Shown: one piece after another, positions 1-9,600 of the stretch
Layout of the letters: each line of letters starts with the position of its first letter
How positions within the stretch are numbered: position 1 is the first letter of the stretch
Virus record (IMG/VR): IMGVR_UViG_3300009285_000020
Location: 1-45,172 of that record
Length of the DNA: 45,172 nucleotides
DNA from: a virus
Strand: one strand, 5' to 3'
The notes under the pieces: generated by a model
Told to the model about the DNA's origin: nothing
Databases searched by the model: none
The model's input: the letters and a program-made list of their open reading frames with translations, nothing else
Made by a program: the position numbers and the translations under genes

Positions 1-77
1 GCTATTGTGCAGAGGGACATGCCGGAACAGAAGGTGACGCGCTACGTGCTTTGGCGGAGCGAAGTTGGGTTCATGCC
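1..77. repeat. Terminal direct repeat copy 1 (circular-closure overlap), identical to 45096..45172
   Basis: Read directly: gctattgtgcagagggacatgcc...gaagttgggttcatgcc is present at both window ends. It lies inside an ORF that continues in frame across the junction. Confidence 0.95.
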
Positions 78-246
78 GAAGTGTGACGGAATAGACGAGC
101 AGGTGTGTGTGCTAATTTACTCATTAGGCGGCCCAGAGCCAATCCCCGACGACGTGAGGGGGTTCTTGCACAAAGCATACGCAGAATCTGCAGGGTCAGT
201 GTCCAGCGAAGCACGCCGGCTCTTGGAGTCGAGGGGGCTGGAATGA
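1..246 (+). CDS. 3' part of junction-spanning hypothetical gene (5' part 44931..45172; about 136 aa once the overlap is collapsed)
   Basis: The frame of track ORF 7..246 is continuous with ATG 44931 (45102-44931=171, a multiple of 3). Stop is TGA 244..246. Confidence 0.6.
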   Translation, partial: AIVQRDMPEQKVTRYVLWRSEVGFMPKCDGIDEQVCVLIYSLGGPEPIPDDVRGFLHKAYAESAGSVSSEARRLLESRGLE

Positions 247-449
247 AATACTTTTACAAAGGCATCCGAATAGACGAGATTGTGATTATCAGTCCAAGCA
301 AGAATGATGTGTTTCCAACTACTTACTGGTTGAAAAACGAGCTGATGGCGTCATCAATGGGCACATGGGAATCTAACGTGAAGGCGGTTGAGAAAATCCT
401 GAACGCCAACCGGAAGGAAGCATTGGAGGAGGCCCGCGATGGCAAGTAA
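243..449 (+). CDS. Hypothetical protein, 68 aa
   Basis: Internal ATG of track ORF 105..449 forms an ATGA overlap with the preceding stop. The segment is visibly AT-richer than its neighbours. Confidence 0.55.
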   Translation: MKYFYKGIRIDEIVIISPSKNDVFPTTYWLKNELMASSMGTWESNVKAVEKILNANRKEALEEARDGK

Positions 450-789
450 GCGCACCTGGATATTTGACCTGCCCAACGGCGTGACGCGCGTCGTGAAATA
501 CACCAGCTCGGAGCCTGTACTGATCTGGGTGGAAACCACACCGTATGTATGGAATTGGCTGGGCAAACAAGGGCAATCTGAGTACCCCGCATACGGCTAT
601 GTCGCGCGGCAGGTCGTGCTGTCTCGCAGTCAAGACCGGCTCCACCGCTACCAGAGCCAAACGATTGTAGACGCCGCTAATCCAAGGTCCTACAAGTCTG
701 AGCATGGCGACAACTCACACTTGCTGGGAGTTAAACGCTACGCACGGGTTGAGATCATCAGAGGCGAGGAGGCGACAGGTGGAGCCTGA
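439..789 (+). CDS. Hypothetical protein, 116 aa
   Basis: Track ORF. It overlaps the previous stop and sits in a co-directional packed gene string. Confidence 0.6.
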   Translation: MASKRTWIFDLPNGVTRVVKYTSSEPVLIWVETTPYVWNWLGKQGQSEYPAYGYVARQVVLSRSQDRLHRYQSQTIVDAANPRSYKSEHGDNSHLLGVKRYARVEIIRGEEATGGA

Positions 790-1162
790 CTTTTTGATCG
801 GTCCGGGGCTTACTGTTGGAGCGTTACGCGAGCGGCTGAACAAGAACGGCATCCCGTTCCTTGAGCCGCATACGACGCCGGTCAAGCGCGTTCGACGGGT
901 GCAGATATGCCCCGACGCCATCTTCGGCAAGACGAACGGAAAATGCTGGTTTTGCGGCAAGGCGTTTGGCGTTCAACTGCCAGATCACCCCACGGTGGAT
1001 CACCTAATCCCCCAGTGCAAAGGAGGCAGCAGCAAATCAGAGAATCTGGTGCCTGCCTGCCGCCGCTGCAACGCCGACAAGGGCGATCTAGACATAGAAG
1101 CGTTCAGGCAGCTCGAGTTCGGCGGCAAGCCGTTTTATGGCGAAGCAACGGAGGCCCCATGA
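779..1162 (+). CDS. HNH endonuclease
   Basis: CWFCG...DHLIPQCKGGSSKSENLVPACRRCNADKG is an HNH motif with paired CxxC. GTG 779 lies 7 nt after GAGGAGG (track ORF 704..1162 is probably over-extended). Confidence 0.85.
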   Translation: MEPDFLIGPGLTVGALRERLNKNGIPFLEPHTTPVKRVRRVQICPDAIFGKTNGKCWFCGKAFGVQLPDHPTVDHLIPQCKGGSSKSENLVPACRRCNADKGDLDIEAFRQLEFGGKPFYGEATEAP

Positions 1163-1221
1163 CCACCCGCGCCCTTTTCACCCTCGCCGCCTTCGCCCTG
1201 GGCTTCTGGAGGGGGATGTGA
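1159..1221 (+). CDS. Possible 20-aa hydrophobic micro-peptide (MTTRALFTLAAFALGFWRGM)
   Basis: ATGA overlap with the HNH stop, GTGA overlap with the next start, and GGAGG upstream. Shares 19 nt (cttcgccctgggcttctgg) with the 5' end of 2179..2400. Confidence 0.3.
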   Translation: MTTRALFTLAAFALGFWRGM

Positions 1222-1469
1222 GGGTAACCCGATTTGAAGTGCAGTTTCCATTTCCTGTTGAGTTCACAAGGGAAGAGCAGCGCGCACTGCATGACTTCTT
1301 TGGAGCCATGTGTAAACGCCTGCAAGACCAGCGTCCTGGGGAGGTTGTGTGGCTCTCCGGTATGGGCTCAGCCCCTATTTGGAAAAATGGGGACATTGCA
1401 GGCTTTGACGACGAAGCGTACAGTTTCCACATAACTAGCCGTGAGGCTTATCCAGGAGAACGAGAATGA
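1218..1469 (+). CDS. Hypothetical protein, 83 aa
   Basis: GTG 1218 follows GGAGGGGG. This is the C-terminal part of track ORF 1137..1469. Confidence 0.55.
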   Translation: MRVTRFEVQFPFPVEFTREEQRALHDFFGAMCKRLQDQRPGEVVWLSGMGSAPIWKNGDIAGFDDEAYSFHITSREAYPGERE

Positions 1470-2182
1470 AATACGAACCGCCCAAAAAGCAGATTGACAT
1501 AGCGAAGGTTGAGCGTGAGATGATGCAGGAATCAATCGCCATTATCATGCAGCTTGGATACGGGCTGACCATCACCTACAACGCCAAGCATTACGGATCG
1601 CCTTGGTCGGTCCACATTACCAAGATCGCGGAAAATGAGAACCAGGAACCAATATCTGCGTTCTTCGGCGGCGGGTCACCCGAAACAGCCGTGCAGCTTG
1701 CTTACGAGAACGTCAAATCATGGGAGAACGCTCCTCACGAACCGCCCATCCTGCCATTGGAGCGTGCGTTCGCCGACACGATCAATCGAATGTGCTTAGA
1801 GAACGAATCCAACACGCCAGACTTCATCCTCGGTCAAGCCTGCGCGGATACGTTCGTTGCCATTCAGACGGCAATTAAAGCCCGCGACAAATGGTACGGG
1901 GTCAAGTTGGAGCCCGGTCAGAATAGGTGCTACGACTACGATTCAGTAGAACCAATGACGTTGAGACTTGGAGCCATCATTAAGATCGGCAAGAGGCTAT
2001 GGCGTCTCACGGACTACGAAGGCAGCTTTCAGGGCAATGACTCCTGGAAGTTCGAATACACCGAAAAGGACAACCAATGCGTTGATAACACACGACGGTT
2101 CAGCGCCTCAGAACTCAAGTGGCTAATAGGCCACGGCGCACTCGTCGGACAACCCGCAGAAGGGGAGGGGCGGGTTCTATGA
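1466..2182 (+). CDS. Hypothetical protein, 238 aa
   Basis: Track ORF with an ATGA-type overlap to the previous gene. No motif recognised. Confidence 0.75.
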   Translation: MKYEPPKKQIDIAKVEREMMQESIAIIMQLGYGLTITYNAKHYGSPWSVHITKIAENENQEPISAFFGGGSPETAVQLAYENVKSWENAPHEPPILPLERAFADTINRMCLENESNTPDFILGQACADTFVAIQTAIKARDKWYGVKLEPGQNRCYDYDSVEPMTLRLGAIIKIGKRLWRLTDYEGSFQGNDSWKFEYTEKDNQCVDNTRRFSASELKWLIGHGALVGQPAEGEGRVL

Positions 2183-2400
2183 AGCCCCTCTACCTTCTCC
2201 CCTGCTTCGCCCTGGGCTTCTGGGTCGGCACCCTGCACACAAAGGCCACCTGGAAGCCCCCGGAGCACAAGATCATCATTCGCTGGTTCCAGGGCAAGGA
2301 AGAGCACAAGATGGGCCAGGACGTGCCGGGGGTCTACGGACCCATGACAACGCCGCAGGCAGACCTTGTGGCAAAGACGGAGAAGGCGGTTGGGAAGTGA
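2179..2400 (+). CDS. Small membrane protein, 73 aa (N-terminal TM helix LLPCFALGFWVGTL)
   Basis: Internal ATG of track ORF 2119..2400 forms an ATGA overlap with the 1466..2182 stop. The N-terminus is hydrophobic. Confidence 0.6.
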   Translation: MKPLYLLPCFALGFWVGTLHTKATWKPPEHKIIIRWFQGKEEHKMGQDVPGVYGPMTTPQADLVAKTEKAVGK

Positions 2401-2897
2401 GATACACGACGCTGAATGAAATCTGGAAGCATGACCCCTGCGGGAAGCAGACAGGCTCGAAAAAGGGCTGGGACCTGCTTCTCACAAACCTCGGCAAGAC
2501 CGAGGCCGACGACGAGCCGCTGAGCTTCCTGGCGATCATCGACGGCAACGGCGTAGACGACTGTCTTTGGGCGGCAAGGGCCGATACGGCAGACGACGCC
2601 GACCGCTTCTGGCGGCTCTTGGCCTGCGATTTCGTGGAGCACCTGCAACCGGCGGACGCCGACCCGCGCTCGCTTAACGCTATAGCCGTCGCTCGCAAAT
2701 ACGCTGTAGGCGAGGCCGACGCAGACGAATTAGCGGCGGCTTGGGGGGCGGCTTGGGGGGCGGCTTCGGAGGCTCGGGCGGCGGAAACTGCTTGGCAGGA
2801 AGCACGGCTTAGGGAATTGCTGAGCAAGATGGAGGACGAAGTAAGTCATGACGAACGAAGAACGGGCAGCGCACCTATGGTGCTTGCCAGAAACTAA
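2397..2897 (+). CDS. Hypothetical protein, 166 aa, with an Ala/Trp-rich repeat (AAWGAAWGAASEARAAETAW)
   Basis: Track ORF with a GTGA overlap. The N-terminus HDPCGK...GWDLLL...DDEPLSFLAIIDGNGVDDCLWAAR resembles a widespread uncharacterised family. A 12-nt tandem gcggcttggggg occurs near 2735..2765. Confidence 0.7.
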   Translation: MRYTTLNEIWKHDPCGKQTGSKKGWDLLLTNLGKTEADDEPLSFLAIIDGNGVDDCLWAARADTADDADRFWRLLACDFVEHLQPADADPRSLNAIAVARKYAVGEADADELAAAWGAAWGAASEARAAETAWQEARLRELLSKMEDEVSHDERRTGSAPMVLARN

Positions 2898-3171
2898 ACA
2901 TCTCGTAATGATTCCCCCGCTGGCAACGGCCATCACTCAAGCCCTCGACGAGGCCGAGCAACGGGGGTTTGAGAAATGCCGCCTGATTCGGGAGCGGCTG
3001 GATGTGTTGGAAGAGGCGGTAAGAGTCACGACTGATGCACTCGAGAAGGCGTTCCAACACGACGAAACAAGTGCCGACGCCCTTTTCCAAGAGATCAAAG
3101 AGGGTCGGTGGAACGGTGTGCGAGCGCACATCGAATTGAACCGGCAACTGCTGGAGGACCAAAATGCATGA
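2848..3171 (+). CDS. Hypothetical protein, 107 aa
   Basis: Track ORF with GGAGGA upstream of ATG 2848. It overlaps the previous gene by 50 nt, so the start is uncertain. Confidence 0.55.
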   Translation: MTNEERAAHLWCLPETKHLVMIPPLATAITQALDEAEQRGFEKCRLIRERLDVLEEAVRVTTDALEKAFQHDETSADALFQEIKEGRWNGVRAHIELNRQLLEDQNA

Positions 3172-3189
3172 CTTTACCGCTGAGTTCAG

Positions 3190-3369
3190 GTGACCACCCA
3201 GCAGAGAAACTCTGACGGGTCCTATGCCGTGGCGGAAGCCGTGTGCTTCGTGCCAGGAATCACGATCGTAGACACAGCGGGTCATGGCAATCCTGAGACA
3301 GGAATCGTGGTGGACGAACGCGATTTCGTCTCGATCTACAAGCAGGACGACGAGGCAAAGCACGTATAG
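3190..3369 (+). CDS. Possible 59-aa ORF (below the track cutoff)
   Basis: Hand translation from GTG 3190 to TAG 3367..3369 gives VTTQQRNSDGSYAVAEAVCFVPGITIVDTAGHGNPETGIVVDERDFVSIYKQDDEAKHV. The RBS is weak. Confidence 0.3.
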   Translation: MTTQQRNSDGSYAVAEAVCFVPGITIVDTAGHGNPETGIVVDERDFVSIYKQDDEAKHV

Positions 3370-3417
3370 CAAAACAAAAACGCCCCCTTCCCTGACCTGT
3401 AAGGCCGGAGAAGGGGA
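3366..3417 (-). terminator. Intrinsic terminator closing the - strand late block
   Basis: On the - strand, a CCCCTTC...GAAGGGG stem (3384..3390 / 3410..3416) is followed by GCGTTTTTGTTTTG. It sits between convergent gene blocks. Confidence 0.6.
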
Positions 3418-3448
3418 CTGCGGCGGTTATCGGGCAAGACTCGCTATT

Positions 3449-3817
3449 CTATGGCTCCTCCACGGGTTTTAAGCCCGTCGCCGTCAAAACCCTGTCGAAG
3501 TCGCACGCGGAGTTTGCCGCGAACCCCAGATTGCCGTCCGCTACCCGCCCTTGCGGATCGGATGTCTTGAGGATCGTCCACTTGACAGCCGCAGGAAGCC
3601 CCTGGAGCTTGTCCCTGAGCCTTAGCATCCTCCGGGCTGTCAGAACACCCGAAGCCGCGTAATGCGTCGCAGGAAGGCTCCCAGAGGCCGACAGGCGCGT
3701 TGTGAACGTGTCCCCTGCGTCGTCCTCGTCCCAGTGCCGCGCAGCCGCGTTCGCCGCTGCCTGAACCCCTTTGGGAACGATGATGATGAAGCGTGTGTAT
3801 CTCACGAGGTCCCCCAC
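3449..3817 (-). CDS. Hypothetical protein, 122 aa (last gene of the late block)
   Basis: Track ORF that overlaps the fibre gene end by 16 nt. Confidence 0.6.
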   Translation of the reverse strand: MGDLVRYTRFIIIVPKGVQAAANAAARHWDEDDAGDTFTTRLSASGSLPATHYAASGVLTARRMLRLRDKLQGLPAAVKWTILKTSDPQGRVADGNLGFAANSACDFDRVLTATGLKPVEEP

Positions 3818-5214
3818 TTGGCTCTTAGGTACGCCTCCACCTGCACCATCTCTGCCACACTCAGAAGCCGGTTGTAGATCAGAAGTTCGTGCAGGTAGTT
3901 CGGGTAAGCGTTGGCGGATGCGCCCCTGGCAAAAATCTGGTCGGTGGCGCTTGTCACCGTCGCCGGTGTGACCGCTTGCGTCTCATCCACCCCGTTGTAA
4001 CGGATGATGGCGCTCGAAGACCCCGACTCGTACTGCCAAGTGCCCCTGAACGCGGTGCTCGCGCCTATGATCGTGCTTCCCAGAACGATGGCTGTGGCGG
4101 CAAGGTTGATGAGCAACTTTTCCGAGAACTCGTAGCCAAACATGATAGCGCCCGCCGCCGAGCCTGCGGCAAGCGCCCTTGCTTGCGCACCCGCTGTGAC
4201 TTGGCATACCGCAAATGCGGTGAAAGGTGTCAAGCCGGACCCGGCATTGGCAATCGTGTACACGTCGTCCGTGCCGTCTGGCAACACCCCCGCAAGCCCG
4301 TTCTGCACTGCAACCTTGTAGATCGCCCTCTTGGAAGACGTGGCCTGCGAAAGATGCCGCGCGTTGCCCGACAGATCGTTCCAGGCGTTGACCGGATCGC
4401 CGTCGGATGGGTAGCTCGCAGGGATGCCCGTCGTGCTTGTAGGCACGCCGCCGAGCGTCGAGAAGTCGCTCGTGCCGGGTGTGTCTACCCGCGTTCCGTC
4501 TGCCTCGTTGAGCTTCCAGTAGTTCGTCAGGCTCGCGGTGAGCGCACTTGGCAAATCGGCATACTCGATGCCGCTTCCCCCGTTGTAAAGCTGAGCCACC
4601 TGCGCCGCTGAAAGAACCGCGCTCCAGAACCCCCATTCCGACATTGCCGCGTTGAGGAAGTTCGCTGGCGTCGAGTTCAAATCCGCGCCCATCCGGGTCT
4701 TGGGGCTGACAATCGCCGTGGGAGCCACCTTTGTCAGCGTCGCCGGTGTGCCCGCCGCCCCGTTGATGTATGGCGTAATGACGCCCGTCGCCTGTGCATA
4801 CGTGAACGCCAGGTGTGTCCACTCCCCCGTGGCCGGAGCCGTGACCGTTACTGTCTGTGTGTTCGTGGAATCGCTGGCGTTGACCAGATATTCCAGGTTC
4901 GGCGAGTTGTACCGGAGCCGGTAGTTGTACTGCCCGGCGACGTAAGGCGTCGCCGAAAGAGAACCGTCTGTAAGAAGCGTCGGCGTCCCCGAAAGGGTTG
5001 TGAACTTCACCCAACCGGCAATCGAGAAGTCCACAGCCCAGAGCGTAGAGTTCCCCGTCGCCTCCAAATACTGCGAACTCGCGCTGGCGAACAAACACGC
5101 CGCGTCCGGGGTGAGCGACGCAATGTTGCTCGCGTCCCACCAACCCCAAAGATTAGGTAAATCCTTGGGTTCAAACGGCTTGTTCCAAAGCAAGAGACGC
5201 TTAGATGGTGTCAT
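3802..5214 (-). CDS. Tail fibre / receptor-binding protein with two LamG (concanavalin-like) domains
   Basis: Two LamG-type signatures: FSIAGWVKF...LAFTY...YINGA...WSAVLSAAQVAQLYNGG, and FTAFAVCQV...ELLIYNRLLSVAEMVQVEAYLRAKWG. Confidence 0.8.
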   Translation of the reverse strand: MTPSKRLLLWNKPFEPKDLPNLWGWWDASNIASLTPDAACLFASASSQYLEATGNSTLWAVDFSIAGWVKFTTLSGTPTLLTDGSLSATPYVAGQYNYRLRYNSPNLEYLVNASDSTNTQTVTVTAPATGEWTHLAFTYAQATGVITPYINGAAGTPATLTKVAPTAIVSPKTRMGADLNSTPANFLNAAMSEWGFWSAVLSAAQVAQLYNGGSGIEYADLPSALTASLTNYWKLNEADGTRVDTPGTSDFSTLGGVPTSTTGIPASYPSDGDPVNAWNDLSGNARHLSQATSSKRAIYKVAVQNGLAGVLPDGTDDVYTIANAGSGLTPFTAFAVCQVTAGAQARALAAGSAAGAIMFGYEFSEKLLINLAATAIVLGSTIIGASTAFRGTWQYESGSSSAIIRYNGVDETQAVTPATVTSATDQIFARGASANAYPNYLHELLIYNRLLSVAEMVQVEAYLRAKWGTS

Positions 5215-5227
5215 TTAACGTCTCCTG

Positions 5228-6367
5228 TCAGTCGTTTTCTGAACTCAGCTTGATCGTGAACTGTTGGCCGCTCGCAGGAGTGAAAGCCGCAATGACTTCC
5301 AGTATGCCGTACAGATCGGGGCTTGCCCCAACGTTGTAGGCAAGAGGCAATTTCGAGAGCGCGGAATTGGTCGTAATGTTGTTGTAGGCAGCGGTCGCGC
5401 CAGTGCCTTCCACCACACACGCCCCAAAGTCGATTGTGCCGACATAGCCCGCTGCTTGTGCATACAATGGAGCCGTACATGCCGCATTGTCAGCAATCGC
5501 CGATTGGATCGTGTTGAACAGATGTAGCCTGAACGACGACGTGTTTGTCGTCTGGTCCGTTTGGATCGTCGCCTTCACGATGTAGCCACTGCCACTTGCC
5601 AATCGTGCGAGGTCTTGCCAAACAAGGAGCCTTTCCACAGTTCCGCCTGATGTATAAGCTCCGCCTGCGGCCACAGCAGTCGTGAGAGCGGCATCTGAAT
5701 ACACTGCAAAAGTGGTTGAAGAGCCGCCACCCGTAGCCACTCCCGCAAAGAAGTTTCCGTTCACGCCCGTAGCACCGCCAACCGATGCAATGGTAACAGG
5801 GTCGCCGTCTGTCAATCCATGCGTTCCGCAAGTGACAACAGCCGGGGTCGCGTTCGTTACGCCCGTAACCGTCAATTGGGCAGGCCCAACAACGTCCTTC
5901 GCCGCGTATGCCGTCGCGTTCGCAGGCCTCGTGAACGCAAATGTCTTAGTAGCCTTTGTTCCTACAACCGTAATACTGCGTTGAAGCGAGAACGCAATAG
6001 CGTTCTCGCCGGTGCGGGCCGTGAACGTGGCGCTTGTACCCCCCGCCCGTTTGATGCGCACAGAGCGGAACCCGTACACGTCGCCGACGGTGATGATGTC
6101 CCCTGCCACAAACGTGATGGTCGTTCCGGCATCACGCTTTACAGGCTGTCCCCCTGCTGCCCTTTGCCAAGCGTCCCATTGCCGCCAGGTCCCGCCTGCC
6201 GCAGAAAGAACCTCTACGGTCCCGGTGAGGCCCGATACGGCGGTTACCTCGAATAAAGCGAGACCCGCGCCGTCGAGCCGGATGGTCGCATTCCCAATAT
6301 CGTCGGTTGGCAGGGTTGCCGAAACCGCCAAAGCGGGCATTACGTATTCAGTTGCTCTTTCACTCAT
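5228..6367 (-). CDS. Tail fibre/spike-like structural protein, 379 aa
   Basis: Track ORF with AAGGAAGGTAAAGGAAA upstream. The composition is Gly/Thr/Ala-rich and beta-type, and the gene lies between core and fibre genes. Confidence 0.7.
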   Translation of the reverse strand: MSERATEYVMPALAVSATLPTDDIGNATIRLDGAGLALFEVTAVSGLTGTVEVLSAAGGTWRQWDAWQRAAGGQPVKRDAGTTITFVAGDIITVGDVYGFRSVRIKRAGGTSATFTARTGENAIAFSLQRSITVVGTKATKTFAFTRPANATAYAAKDVVGPAQLTVTGVTNATPAVVTCGTHGLTDGDPVTIASVGGATGVNGNFFAGVATGGGSSTTFAVYSDAALTTAVAAGGAYTSGGTVERLLVWQDLARLASGSGYIVKATIQTDQTTNTSSFRLHLFNTIQSAIADNAACTAPLYAQAAGYVGTIDFGACVVEGTGATAAYNNITTNSALSKLPLAYNVGASPDLYGILEVIAAFTPASGQQFTIKLSSEND

Positions 6368-6402
6368 TTTCCTTTACCTTCCTTTATCGAAGAGTCTGCT
6401 GT

Positions 6403-6642
6403 CTAAGGGATCGAGGTCCCTACGTCCACGTAGCTTACTACGCCTACATTGCTGATCGAAACCGACCAGTAGTGCCCGTTTGGGCTCTTCAGATATTGTA
6501 TCCCTTCTGCGAGAAGATTCTGTTGGGCTTGCACGTTAGCCGCTGCGAGCATCGAGAAACCTGCTGCTGTGCAAGAAAGCGTCTCCGGCTCCGCACGGGA
6601 GCCGGTAGAGTTGCCTACGACTGTGTTTGCGGGAAGGCTCAT
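6403..6642 (-). CDS. Small fibre-associated protein, 79 aa
   Basis: Track ORF whose ATG overlaps the stop of the giant gene. The N-terminus LPANTVVGNSTGSRAEPETL resembles fibre N-terminal motifs. Confidence 0.5.
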   Translation of the reverse strand: MSLPANTVVGNSTGSRAEPETLSCTAAGFSMLAAANVQAQQNLLAEGIQYLKSPNGHYWSVSISNVGVVSYVDVGTSIP

Positions 6643-9600
6643 CTGGACCCTGCCATCTCCCTTGTTTTTTCTTTCGCTTTTTCGATCTTCTGAGGCATTC
6701 CCTGGATCAAGCCTGGGATTTTCTCCTTGGCTTTCTTGACTTTCTTGTCGATGTAGAATTGACGTTCGGCAGGAGAGAGTTTAAGGAAGTTGGAATCGTC
6801 TTGATACGACGTGGCACCACCGCCGAAGAAGACGAACGGCGAAATAAAGGATGCGAGCCGAGCGTCGTCGTTCTCGACTATCTCCATCGCGTCCTGAATC
6901 CAAAGCGGGGCAGACCGTCCGTAAGCCATCGTCTGCCAAGGCACGTCTTTCTCCATACCGTATTCCTTAGTTGGTATCCATAGGAGCCGGTTGGCGGCGG
7001 GAGAGAGCTTGTATGCTGCCTGCTGTGTCAGCACGTTTAGGATTTCACGCTTGTCGCTAAACTTCTCGTCATCGAAGAAGGCATATCCAAACAGCGCGTT
7101 CAATGATCTGAGCCCAATTCGAGCAGGTCCGAGAAATCCACCCCACGGATCGTAGCGGGTGTTCCCAATCTTGATTTTCAGGAAGTTGCCTGAAGCGGGG
7201 TTGCTGTCCACTTCCCATAGACCAGCCGCCTCGCCCGCTTTCATACTCCCGTACACAAACCCGGCAGTCGTCAGAAAGTCCTTCCGCGCCTCTTTGCCGA
7301 TAGCTCCCGTTTTGAGCAGGTACGTCGGGGACTTCCACCGCGACCAGGCGAACTTCGTCGCGTAGATGAACTGTCTTGCGAGCCTCGCGCCAATGGATTT
7401 AGACCCAGGCAAAATCTCGCCCATCTTAGGAAGTCCGCTGATCGTGTTGAGGTATTCGCCGAAGATGGCTTTCGCATCGTCAGGAGCGGACGGAGCATGG
7501 ATCAGGTAGTTTTCAAAATCGTTGCTTCTGAATAGATTGCCCATCCCCACCATCGCGTGTTCGGAGCGGTCGAGCAAAGATTTCGTGGCCTGCCCCAATT
7601 GCCTAATGCCCGGAATCTTGGACTGCGCCATCGCTTGCGTTGCCCTTTTGATGAGTGAGCCGTGGAAGAACTCCGAGCCTCCGCCGAGCATCGGATCGCT
7701 GAGGTTGAGTTTTGCTTTCAGTGCTTCGTCGTAAGACCATCTGCCTTCGATGTGGTTCTGAATCGTTGCCGCAAGCTCGTCTGGGTTCTTCGACCCAAGC
7801 AATTTCAAGGATTGGAGCACCGTGTTCCCCACATCTTTGAACCGCCCCTGCCTAAGAGCCCTCATAAGCAGTACAAGATTCTGCCGTCCAAGCCCCGAAT
7901 CGTCAAGCGATGATTGTACTGGCCGGTCCCAGTTGCCGACCTCAAAGCCCCATTCCCACCAAGGCTTTCCTCCGGCCTCTTCGAGCAAGGCGTTTCGCTT
8001 GGCCTGCAACGTCCGTTCTTTCGCGCGGAGCTTTGTCATTTCCGGGGATTCGGGAGCCTTGGCCTTCGGCGTGCTGAAGTCGCCCGTTCTGATTTCGTAT
8101 TCTAATTGTGCGATACGCTCTCTTGCGTTGATCTGCTTGTTCAGTTCGGCGAGGGACGCCTTCAAATCTGCGATTTCTTTTGGATCGGCGGGACGAACTT
8201 TTTTCGGGTCCTTCGCCGCCCTGCCTTCAAGAATCTCCAACGCCTTCTGCAATTTGCCGCGGAGTCTGATCTGCTGCGGCTCGATGCCTTTTTCGAGCTT
8301 GCCTTGCTTCACGACTTCCTTCAACCGTCTGCGAAGGTCCTTGATGTACGCTTCCTCGCTGGCCTTTGTAACGCCTTCTGGGAACTTGCCGTCCAGCGCA
8401 TCGGCAATGCGTTCGGTAAGGCTCGCTTCGTTCGTCAAAACCTGAAACCGCTTCTGCGCTTCTGTAGCCGTCTTAGAACCGCGAGGATCGTCAAGCCGTC
8501 CCATAATACGCCGGATGCTCTGTGGGTCAAGCCCCCTGCCCGGAATTTCGTCCATAAGTTCCGCGTACAGTTCTTCGAGCGTGATCTTGGGGTTGCGCTC
8601 TACGATTTTGCGGGCCACTCTGCGAACGGCGTGGTTGAACTCGATGTCGGTTTTGGCTTTGCGGGCAGAAGATAGAGCGCCTTCGAGCGTCCCGTCTGCC
8701 TTTGCACCTTTTCGTGCGGCTCGCACTTCGGTTTCGACGGCTGCGTCACCGATCTTGGCTTCCAACCCTTCGCGGTATTTCACCATCGTTTCTAATTCGT
8801 CGCCCAAGTCTTCGGCGCGTTTGCGGAACGTGCTTTTGCCCTTTACGTTGCGATTGCGGATAGCCTGTTCGATGTCGAGGTAAAGCTGTTGGCGCGAACT
8901 GGCGTTACGCTTGAGCAGTCGACGGGAAACACCCATGCGCGACCAGGAAGAGCCTGTGCGATCCAACCCTTCGGCAAGATTGTGGATGCGCTTAGTGATT
9001 GCATCGCTCTTTGCAGACCAGGACGCTTTTTCCTCGTCAGTTGCGGCTTTTGCCAAGCGTCCCGCTATCTCGTCACGCTCTACAAGAAGATTGGCAAACT
9101 GGCGAGCCGCAAGTTCTTGTTCGTACTCATTGAGGTTTCGCGTGCCAGGGATGACTTCGCTTTCGACGGTGCGCTCTACCTGGGCCTGCCCCTTAGTGTC
9201 AGCCTTGGCTTTGGTGCTGATCTTGGAGCGCAATGTGGGATCGCGCTGATAAGCCGGAATGTCGATCTCTTCGCGTAACGCTTCGGTCGCTTCGTGCTTG
9301 ATTTCAACATTTCGTTTGGGCGGCTCGGCAATTCCTTCTTTGGAAAGGATAGATGCAACGCGGACGCGCAAGCGGTTGGCATACTCGGGGATGTGGCTGG
9401 CAAACTCCGCGATGCCTTCCGCAACAGTCTTGTATTCCTTGAGCGAATAGCGGGCTATGCGTTTGGCAAGAAGCTCAAAATCGTCTGAAGACAATTTCGC
9501 GGTTCCGCCAGTCAGCTTCGTCGGCTTCGGGCCTTTCGGCTTCGTTTTGGCTTCGAGAGCGGCAATCTCGGCATCGAGCCTGGATATGGCAGCGTCTACT

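Noticed and set aside
1-77. The 77-bp end repeat as a biological direct terminal repeat of a T7-like genome.
   Set aside because: It lies in the middle of an ORF, has no flanking terminus-like features, and has a length typical of an assembly overlap. It is more parsimoniously a circularisation artefact.
3983-5149. Long 388-aa ORF on the - strand (and 3889..4611 on the +) overlapping the LamG fibre gene. There are similar long overlapping ORFs at 14624..15268, 28515..28982, 39768..40256 and 40260..40661, and many + strand ORFs across 7000..11400.
   Set aside because: Their translations are Arg/Gly/Pro/His-rich and low in complexity. They have no RBS, and they are fully nested in genes with clear motifs or context. 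These are typical alternative-frame artefacts of GC-rich DNA.
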